DNA of 63,798 nt, counting the filler, from Choristocarpus tenellus KU-1152 (Eukaryota > Protista > Phaeophyceae), in the NCBI GenBank assembly GCA_964200185.2. It is 14 parts of 14 records of this genome, joined end to end, with 100 filler letters (N's around TTAATTAATTAA, not from the genome) between each part and the next. Parts side by side here need not be neighbours in the genome. Positions count along the whole stretch, not along the records: positions 52,381 to 57,389 come from CAXNAD020012177.1; positions 57,490 to 60,810 come from CAXNAD020020823.1; positions 60,911 to 63,798 come from CAXNAD020023912.1; 11 more parts are not named here. One strand, 5' to 3'. Under the pieces are notes generated by a model that was not told the DNA's origin, searched no databases, and saw only the letters and a list, made by a program, of their open reading frames with translations. Within the stretch, counting starts at the first letter, position 1. Every line of letters begins with the position of its first letter. This document shows positions 54,505 to 63,798 of the stretch, piece by piece. Made by a program: the position numbers and the translations under genes.

Positions 54505-54683
54505 GACTCAAAGTATCTGGGGGGGGAGGGGGGTCTACACCTGGGCGTCCATTTTGGGCCATGGCCAGGAAAAGTGCACTAACGTTATCAATCCGACGTA
54601 TGCAACCAAATCACCCAAAACTTGAGACATGGAAAAAGGGTCCCAAATCGACAGCCGACACCCCCCCTAGATACGTTTAAGTC
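54505..54683 (+). mobile_element. MITE family B (179 bp) within the putative F element
   Basis: GACTCAAAGTATCTGGGGGG...CCCCCTAGATACGTTTAAGTC with 4-bp TSD atct/atct. Confidence 0.9.
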
Positions 54684-54859
54684 ATCTGTGATTTACCAAA
54701 TACTTGTTACAGGAATAGGTAGCACATATCACTCCAAAGAAAATGCCATCACGCCGAATCGGTCACAGCACACTGCCTCAGTGCCCACACTTACTCCTAC
54801 ACGTATCACCCCTTCCCTTATACGCACAATCACCACAACCATTACGATTGAACGGACAG

Positions 54860-55464
54860 GGACGGCAGACAGCACAGTAACACGTATACGAAATTTTATA
54901 CACGACACGTTCCGCACACAGGAGATAGTCCACCTTCCGTCTTACAAGATCGACCGTGCGGGACAACACGACCCACGTGTCCCAAAGCTCGGTGAAATCA
55001 AGTCCATGCACAGGTTCCTCACTGGTCGGCTCACCACTGGAGACTCCCGTACACTGATATATACACCGAACTGTCGTGCAACTGCACGAACTGTTCCGTC
55101 GGCAACCTGGCCCAATGCAGGTGGCAACTAACCCACGTGCCCCCGCTTAAGGAGATAGACCTCGGATTTTCCACGGAAGCAGGAATGGGTGATATGTATC
55201 CGTGAAGTCAGCTGTCGAGGAAGAAGAGATAGCTCGCTGAGGGGAACATAATGCATTGTGTGGACGCAGCCATCGGAGTACAACGGTATAGAGCTCTTGC
55301 CGTTCAATGTCCACCGCAAGGACACGATTCAATGGAGCACCAGGCACCACTCCAGCTACGGAGGGATGTTCAGTGCTGGAGATGAGGCCGTCTTTGTCAC
55401 TGAAGACTCCGAGGTGCTCAGTACTAGCTTTGTTGATGGAGTGCCAACTATTCGCATGTCATGA
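54860..55464 (+). pseudogene. Transposase-like C-terminal fragment with SCxCxxC cluster (Sola2-like, tentative)
   Basis: Removing one extra TA at ~55058-55063 gives QEIVHLPSYKIDRAGQHDPRVPKLGEIKSMHRF...LIYTELSCNCTNCSVGNLAQC. In-frame stops follow downstream. Family assignment is from remembered motif similarity only. Confidence 0.5.
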
Positions 55465-57567
55465 ACGGACAAGGTGAGAAACGCTTCTTATTGATTCTAA
55501 GAGAACAATGCCCCCAAACGAATGAATCCACGCTGTCCATGCACAGATGTCACATATCCCCTGATATCCCCTCTAACCCAAATAAATTCCTCCTATAACG
55601 TCCAACCCTGACATCCAAACCAGTGTCATTTTCTTCTCCTAAACAGCAACCGCCACTGACACTTTTCACACAATATTTTACAAGTTACATAGGGCAAATA
55701 AGCGTATCCCATTAATTCATTTCTCTATTTAAGTGTATCCTCTATCCGACATAAAACTATCCGTTTCTCAAAAAGATCAACAAACACCCCTATACAACCA
55801 AACAAGGCCATCACGCAAAAACACATGCCAATAGTCCTACACACCAACACAGCCCCTGCAACGAACATGTCTGTGGTGATGCAGGACGCACAACCGGGTC
55901 CCCGCCTCATGCCCCTTCAGGCTATCATCATCCCGGACTTCACAGACATCAACCACAACCACCTGGACAACACATTCACGATCCTGCTTGGTCAATACCA
56001 GAGGCTCACCTCAGAATCCAATCGGCAATCCCTCGGTGGGGTACCTGCTCGCTTCTCTAGGCAACTCAGACTTGGGGACACATCCGACCCCAGGTTCGGT
56101 TGAGGAACCAGCTTCATCCTACGCGCGAGTGGGGGGGCTATCGTACAGGGGGAAGTCAGCGATGTTCACGTAGATGGTTCAGGGGCGTACATTTACTCAG
56201 TGTCCTAACTTCCAGACGATGGAGAAAAATATTTGCCCCCTCAATTGAGGTCGTACATGACAGAGGACGAGATTGAGGAAAATGTCAACCAACTTCGAGA
56301 GAAGAACAAGAGGTACAGTGACAAGGCTGCAGCCCTGTGTGTCAGACAACACTGCCGGTCGATTGTTGACCGATAGCGGAAGCGTAGGGACATGGAGAAG
56401 GATACCGAGAAATGTATACTCCTTGAACCGACACCGAGGGTTGTGTCAGATTTAGATGAGGGAGAAACACTCAATGCCAGTACCAATGGCAGGGGACTAC
56501 GCTTCAGATGTGACGATCAGCGGATGCGAGGGACCGTGACTAAGTACCAGCCCCATTACACAGTGAAAGTTGGAGAGGAGCGAGTCAGCTACCCCTACGA
56601 GGTTAAATGGGAGAATGGCGACTTGCGAAATATCCAGCTTCTTGTCCAACTCTGCAGTATTGACCAAGACGCTCTTACACGGGCCTGTTTCTGGACAAGT
56701 CCTACATTGCCACCATACTGACGAGAGACACGGCTTTGAGGAGCAACCTAGACCAATTCCTGTTCGTTAGTCACCCTCTACGTCGCCAATCGGACACATG
56801 ACTCGACAGAGATGTTATGATGGAGAGATCGGACGTTCTCTAAATTGTGCAAAAAAGGACAATAATGAGGTGTGTACCTTATTTTTTGTATGAGAGATTA
56901 TCATTTTGATTGAGTCCATGTGATGTGACTAATGAGAAAGTACATCAGGATTATGAATGGGAATATGCATGGGTTTTTATTTTGCATTCAACTACTTCAA
57001 CGTAATCGTTGACTTATGTATGAAGCACAAATAATAATAAATAAGCAATGACAAGACACCCCCACAAAGGTCACTCTTCTAATTTCAACCATGTAATCAC
57101 GTTCAGCAATGGGGAACCGTGTGAGGCTTCACACCTTCTTGTCTTCACTACTCATAAATAGTATTACCTCCCAAAGATGACCTATCTTACGCACCCAAAC
57201 CAAGCGGCGGCAACCACCCCAGCTCCAAACTTTGAACCCAACGCCAACTTCCTTGAGCCATAATATAATTGTCTACACCCACTCAAGCGCCAAGCGTTGG
57301 TCCTAAGGCCAATTTATCCCGAACTACAACATAAAAGGACGGTGACTGGGTCAAATCATCTGGGGGGGGGTGGTGGTTTGTGAGGGTGCNNNNNNNNNNN
57401 NNNNNNNNNNNNNNNNNNNNNNNNNNNNNNNNNTTAATTAATTAANNNNNNNNNNNNNNNNNNNNNNNNNNNNNNNNNNNNNNNNNNNNCTTCCGACCCC
57501 CCCCCCCCCCCCCAGATACTTTGCATGATTTGCGGCACAGGCTGGGTATACCCTAATCAAGGATAAA

Positions 57568-57585
57568 CCCTAACCCTAACCCTAA
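57568..57585. repeat. Interstitial telomere-like (CCCTAA)3
   Basis: CCCTAACCCTAACCCTAA. Shorter TTAGGG runs at ~50138-50151, ~51285-51301 and ~62044-62059. Confidence 0.7.
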
Positions 57586-58447
57586 CTCAAAAGCTTGTCA
57601 AATTCTCGCTAAAATATTCGGGCAGTTGCATTGAAACCACTCTTGAGTAGTATGAACCCCTTTGCCCAGCGTCACTTGAAGGCACCTCCTCGCCTTGAAA
57701 ATTTTGGAGGGTGTTTGGGGGGGTGGGGGGGTGGACCCCGGAAAAGGTAAATCTTGTTCCGCATGTTACGGTTCAAGATTTAGACCGAAAAATGGATACC
57801 TTGGATCGTTATCTGTAAGGGGATTGGGCATGTAAGCGTTTGTAGGGTGTCCTGAGCACTGTCTTAGCACACCTCCAGGCGCAATAGTAAAGACAGTTGG
57901 TGGTGAAACCCGTCCTGTAGGGTATTCCATTTGAGCACCATTCTTGTCGTCTGGCCACATCATTGAGGGCAACACTAATCTCAACCGTATAACCTAGCTT
58001 TCTATCTGATGATACGAATTTAGTCAATGATACCCGTCGAAAATAAAATAATGAAACGTCGAAAACTCAGGCACCTTCGTATGATACTAAAAAAATGAAA
58101 ATACTGCTGGAACACAGCTTGAAACAATGACACAGCTCTTGGAGGATTGGGTGGGTGGAGGGTGAGATTCCACAAAGATGCTGCAATGTAGTACTATTAG
58201 TTACGAATAGTCCTATTCTGAACCACACAGAGATAGGCAATACACTTCAACCTTTGCAGAATTGTTGGATCGCATTACCGGTTCGAAACCCCAGGTGGAC
58301 AATGAGAACGCCGTCTCTACAACATGGCTTGGATGCAAAGGCACTCATCTTTACACATATTAACAAATCAGAACGAAGGCGGCGCAAAAAAATGGTCAAA
58401 TTCAATCCTCTATCTGCTCGTCGTATGCTCAGTCTTCAACTACGCAC

Positions 58448-59069
58448 CTTGCTGAGCTTTGCTGGTAGGAGCGGCATCTTGAACCGCGGCTTAGGGATAA
58501 CTGGCTCGTAGTCTCTTTCATCTTCGTCATCATAGTAGTCGTCGTACCCATCGTCATCGTACCCATCGTCATCGTACCTCGCCTTCCGTACGCCAGGCCT
58601 CTGTGCCCTTTGTCGTTGGGACGAGGCATCCTGGAGAGAACGCGCAATGCAACCTTTTGCGGACGCCCTTGCTACCAGGTATGGCATGGGGGAAACAAAT
58701 CCACTTACCTTTGTAGTCGGAGCGGGAAGAGGGAGAGAGGGTAAGCGGCAGAAGCTCGAGGGATATTGGGTAGTGTTGTTGGGCGTATGTTGTATGGGGG
58801 CGGAAGTAAGGGATGTTGAGAGAGATGGCATTTGCTTGGGTCTTGTCACCGAACGAAGTCCTACACACGAAAGTAATCTTGAGTGAACAATTGAATGACA
58901 AGAAACAGGAAGGACAAGATAAAGAAGTGTTCCTCAAGCAAAGGAGACACCAAGTGCGGTCGAGACCTACTACAAGTACCACGAAAACTTTGAATGCAAC
59001 GTTTTTGCACACCTGTGCTACAAGACCCACGCAAAACCCCATCACCACCGTAGCTCCACCTGTCCTCAT
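58448..59069 (-). CDS. Hypothetical protein with Asp/Tyr-rich tract, partial
   Basis: Exon 58448-58630 (ctctccag|...AAG|gtgcgt) encodes RYDDDGYDDDGYDDYYDDEDERDYEPVIPKPRFKMPLLPAKLSK. Possible first exon from ATG 59069 (MRTGGATVVMGFCVGLVAQVC). Intermediate structure unresolved. Confidence 0.4.
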
Positions 59070-59280
59070 AGTTTAATACCGCGGGTACGGCAACCAAGGT
59101 CCTCACGCTTGACCACAAAGACGTCGCCAACTCCTCAACTATGGATTAAGACTTCATCAAGGTGGTGGACGGACGGACTGATGGGTTGTAAAAGACATGT
59201 TTGAAATTTTGGGAGTGAGAAAGGGATGGAACTCTTTATGCAGTCCCCTCCCACACCCTTGTCTGTATCAACTTAGCCAG

Positions 59281-60810
59281 GAAGATGGCTGATGCCCTAC
59301 AGGACTGGGATGATAATGAGGAAGGAGATGAGGAGAGCAACGAATCGGGTGAGGAAGAAGGAGAAGGAGAGGATACAGAGGTTGAGTCTGGAAATGAGCA
59401 GGAAAACCAAGAGGAATTGGAGTTACCAGTGACCAACGGCAACACCAATATCAGTGAGCAGGAAAATGATACAGGGAGAGACATGGAAGAAGTTGACGGT
59501 GAAACCGCGCCTACACAGCCCGACACTCCGGAGTCTCCCTTCCAATCGTCGTCAACTCCAAAGGGTGACGAAGTTTGCAACCGCATGAACTTGGTCATAT
59601 CAAACCCTTCTCCTGCAAATCCTGCCGCTGATGTTACTGAGCTCATGAGGGTCGACCCATGTGTTCAAGTTGCGCCCGAAAATTCACACTCATTAAAATG
59701 TAAGTCTGATGGGTAGTTTTTGGCAAGTACTTCGAACATCGACTGCTTACACTCGTCCAAAAGCCTCGAATTTGTTGCCTCTTTTGGTTTGTCACCCTCC
59801 TGCTGGTTGATCCACTCTCGAACCCATATATATACATATATATATATATATACATACTGTTTTGGGGCCTAGACGTGTGGGAGGAGATCATCTCTTGTAG
59901 CTAGTTCTCTGGCAGCAAGTTGTTGCCTTTGACTGGCCCTGTCCGTGTTGACCATGTGTATACACCAAATGCCTACTCAGTTACACATGTCTTGCACAAA
60001 GTCAAGCTTCAAATGTAGTCCACTGACAGGAAATACACCCTATCTTTTTTGGCCAGCACAAAAGGTTGATGGCACAAGAGAAAGCGGTCGACCTCCAATG
60101 AAGCCACCGAACAATCTTCATATGAGTCAACCGTCCAGCCATGATAACCGGAGCCCTCCTCGAAGTCCGAAGGCGTTGCTCCACTCGTCAGGGCTCAGCC
60201 TCTCACCATCGCAGCAACCAGTGCGAGCTACCAAAGATCATACCCTGGCACAGTCCTCCCGCCCCTGTCACGCCGGAAAGGGCGAGGGTATGGCAACTGA
60301 AGTGGGGCAACATCAGCAAAGCCTCGCAATTTCTGGAATATTTCCTAGTGAAGACAGAGAACCTGTCCCTCACAAGAATAGCGAAGGACAGGATCAGGGT
60401 CACGGGAAGTCGATTGGGTCTAATATTCCGCTTAAAAAGAGCAAGGCGACAGAAGTAGGCTGGATCAAGAGGAGGGGGGACAGAGCCAGATCCAGTGAAG
60501 AAGAAATAAGGTCCCTCTCACCAAACATTCTGGCGCTGGATGTACCCCCAGAGCGGCGAGTGAGGGCTGCTGCTTCCCCCCTTACCCGAGCCCTGTTGGA
60601 CGATCTACATGGGCAGTCTGAAGTCAACGAGGACAAAGAAGGCCTGGTGGGTGGTGTAACTGCAGGGTGTGGCAGTTACATCGGTCATGATAGAGATGAG
60701 GAAGGCGGTAGGGAGGATGTTGTCGTTGGAGAAATTTATCTGCCCAGTAGGAAGCAGGGCTTTGACGAGGTGCTTGCTGAACGGCGACGGCGCCGACGGC
60801 TCCAGAGCGG
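59281..60810 (+). CDS. Hypothetical acidic, disordered protein, partial, 2 large exons
   Basis: Glu-rich open frame 59285-~59700, then an open frame from ~60064 to the contig end (part of the 305-aa ORF 59945-60862), with an AT/TA-repeat intron-like segment between. Confidence 0.5.
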
Positions 60811-61599
60811 NNNNNNNNNNNNNNNNNNNNNNNNNNNNNNNNNNNNNNNNNNNNTTAATTAATTAANNNNNNNNNNNNNNNNNNNNNNNNNNNNNNNNNN
60901 NNNNNNNNNNGAGGGGGGGGAAGTGTCCAGAATGAAAAGGGTTGGCTGTGTGTGGTGACCAACCTCAAAATGTTTTAACTCCTTGCTTCTTGGGAGGAAT
61001 GGATGGGTGGTGTGATCGCCGGTATATATATATATATATATATATACTCAGGATTGCTCTCTGAGATTGTTGTGCCCAGTGAGTTTTTATTGGTGCAGTG
61101 ATGCGTTGTATGGCGTTATGTGTCTTGGAGTGTTTTATTTTTTGTGGAAGTAGCTTCCTACTCCACTGCTCTGTGTGTGTCATGTTTCAACATGGTTCCG
61201 GATGCTCTTCTCTCGTGAGGAGAACCAACTCTCCGGTACACAGATACTTGAATGTGTTGGTACAGTACTCCACCAAGTACCGTTAGATGGAGATGGATCT
61301 GGACAAACGGGCAGAGAGGGACTGTTTACCACCCCCGTGGTAACGTGTACGAGGTGTCTTGGATGCAGCAGAGTACTCCGTTGTGAGTAAGGGACATTGG
61401 GCAAGTGACTAGTCGTGTATTGTTAGTGATGAGGTCTCCCAGCTGCTGCTGGGGTGGTGAAGCTCTGTGCAGGAGAAAGGTTGTAAGAAGTGTTGTTATC
61501 TTTCACCACGGCTGCACTGTTCCACGAGCTACATGCTCAACCCTAACCCTTGAATTGTTTACTCTGTGTACCCCCATCAATGACAATCGACCTAAGCAA

Positions 61600-61770
61600 G
61601 GCTCAAAGTATCTGGGGGGGGGTGGGGGGGTCTACACCAGGGTGTCCATTCAGGCCCTGACCAGGAGAACTACACTTACATTATCCATCCGAAGCATGCC
61701 CAACCAAAATCACACAAAAATCTCCCCGAATGGACAGCTGCCACCCCCCACCCCCCAGATTATTTGAGCC
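61600..61770 (+). mobile_element. MITE family B (171 bp)
   Basis: GGCTCAAAGTATCTGGGGGG...CCCCCAGATTATTTGAGCC. No clear TSD. Confidence 0.88.
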
Positions 61771-63186
61771 ATGAGTAAAGGAACACATAAAGTCTTACTT
61801 CAAGGAATGTATTGATAGATGAGGGAGTAATGAATGCCCACACGATGCACTATGTCAATATACCAGAGGGGTGAGGGAATGTTCTCAAGTCCAAGGTTCC
61901 ACTGCATGAGTCAACCAACCACACACAGTGGACTCTCAATGACTGTGAAGGACTGCACAGTGTGTGTGTGTTGCCAAGGTGCTGATGTCCACTGGGAAAC
62001 CGCCACCGTCACACTTTTTTTTTTCATTTCTTCATGCGTTAGCTAGGGTTAGGGTTAGGATTTTTGAAGATTTGGGTGTAGTAGTGAAGAAGACATAATA
62101 TCGGTGGCTCCTTGAGAGGTCGTGGTTCCACCATGCATGCTGCGACTGCTACTCCTCCCCGGGAAGTTTCTTTGACTGGTTAGGGATATGCCTTTCACAC
62201 AGATGTTAGGGTTTTAGGTTTTTGAAAATGTGTTCAAAAAAGAAAAAAAAAAGAAAAAAGAGGATGGTTCCCCGCCCGGTGCCGTGCCAGTGTCCCTAAT
62301 TTTTTGCACCGACTTTTGTCACATTTTGGTGCTGTTTGGATGCTTACAGAGTATGCTCGCTCTAACCCTAACGCTAATCCTCTATGTCATCAATGATGGG
62401 GGATATGCAACAAAGAAAGCACCGTGTATTGCAGATCGACCAGTCTTGTGTGTCAAGAGTACCAGCACATCCAATATTGATGGGGAGTAGAGCACTTCCT
62501 CCTGTGCATTCATTTTTATGAAACTTTTCAAAGCACATTATCAAGTATTGGTAACAAAATGGATGAACCTCAATACAGAACTCTTGGTCGACACTATGGA
62601 GCTTCCTTCGCAACCGGCTCTGTATCAGTTGCCATACACGGCACCGATTTTGCTTCGAGAAAAACGCCTGTGCATGGTTGGTGACAAAAGCAAAGCTGCT
62701 TCTGTTTCCGTGAGACCGTGGTCTAGCATCAGCCTTGAGGAGACGGAACATTAGTCCTTTGAGGTACAAAAAAGGTTAATAACTCCAGGCCTCTCTGCAA
62801 GGGTGCTGTGATAGAGGGGGCAAGGTGCCAACCAAGGCCTCTCGGGCATAGGATATACATCAAAAGCCGCTGCTTGCACCTCTAAGAGCAATAATTATGC
62901 GAGGGCATTACAAGGGCAGTGTTTCAAAAATGGCAGGTATGCACTAAGTACATTCACACCCTCAAGACGGTTCTTTGACAGTAGATGTACTGGGCTAATA
63001 TAATACACCTCAACACACGAGTACCGGAACTGAGAAAAATGGAAAATGAAATAATACTTTGTACACGATGCAGAGGTGTAGACACATCCCTCTCGACATT
63101 AAAACCACAAAATGTTCCGACGTCATCGTGCTCACAAACACCCAACAGCTACATACACAAAATAAGTACCACGCCTTAACCACTAT

Positions 63187-63356
63187 CTAGCCCACAGTCT
63201 TAGATGCTGCCGCGGCCATGCCCCTTCTCATGTGGCTGGGTTGGTACATGTAGCGCTTCCCCAAGAAGGTCCCTTCATAGGTACCATGCAGGACATCCAT
63301 GAAAGGGAATGGAAAAGCATAATTGACCTCGAAGCGGGAGTGATGGCGATCATGGT
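63187..63356 (-). CDS. Fatty-acid hydroxylase / sterol desaturase superfamily protein, last exon
   Basis: tgtgcag| exon encoding DHDRHHSRFEVNYAFPFPFMDVLHGTY, i.e. the final HxxHH box followed by NY...D.L.GT as in ERG3/ERG25-type enzymes. Stop at 63187-63189. Confidence 0.8.
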
Positions 63357-63798
63357 CTGCACACAAGGACAAACAGTAAGGGTGAAGATTGGCAGAAGGT
63401 AGCAGGCACTCGACTTCTAAAGGCCGATGCGGTTGCTTTAGTAGTTGATACAAATAATCCCATCAAAAACTGCACTGCTGTGTGCATGTATATATATATT
63501 ATGGATATGTTGACTTGTCCATTTTTTTTATGGGTACGGGTGGGGTTGCATTGCCACTACAAGAGTAGGGTATCCTATCGTTCGCGTCACCTTCATGATT
63601 TTGAGAGGGGGCTCTATCAACATCGGTAGTCAAAGAGGAAAAAGTAAGGGAGATTTTTGTTAGCGTCTGATATATGAGAAAAGAACAAAAAAAAAGAAAT
63701 ATAAACTATGAATCTCAATGCATAAATAATAGGGGGGGGGGGGGGGGGGCGAAAAAGAAGAACAAACCGCCCCCCCCCCCCACCACGCTAGGTCGACC

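Larger units (their letters stand above)
53282..57238 (+). mobile_element. Putative long TIR DNA transposon (family F) with decayed transposase-like coding sequence
   Basis: Left end shared with 29552-29655. Imperfect subterminal repeats at 53376-53930. Decayed plus-strand ORFs at 54860-56720. The possible right end (CCCAAAC...CACCCCAG...ACTTTGAACC, 57194-57238) is degenerate and no TSD is seen. Confidence 0.5.

Overview
This window is not one locus. It is 14 short eukaryotic contigs joined by 13 artificial 100-bp linkers (N44-TTAATTAATTAA-N44), so adjacency across a linker means nothing. The DNA is intron-rich and repeat-rich. It most likely comes from a photosynthetic stramenopile such as a brown alga; this is inferred from signal-peptide+Phe plastid targeting, flagellar dynein, a GH5 beta-1,3-glucanase and TTAGGG repeats. 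Recognisable genes: a plastid/cyanobacterial-type ferrochelatase (4 exons), a complete 3-exon VOC/glyoxalase-family gene, 3 exons of a GH5 exo-beta-1,3-glucanase, an axonemal dynein heavy chain exon, an RNI-like LRR gene (4 exons), the last exon of a sterol desaturase/fatty-acid hydroxylase, and several hypothetical spliced genes. Retroelement remnants include Ty1/copia, an LTR with its solo LTR, Ty3/gypsy and a CRE-like non-LTR element. The most striking feature is a clan of related TIR elements that share the terminus G(A/G)NT(C/G)AAAGT: short families A (~258 bp), B (~179 bp) and C (~271 bp), plus a longer form F. They carry 3- or 4-bp target-site duplications, nest inside each other, and sit at 13 of the 26 internal contig ends. 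A decayed ORF behind one F end resembles the C-terminal part of a Sola2-type transposase and is the candidate source of their mobility (inference, needs an HMM search). All calls were made by eye, without database searches.
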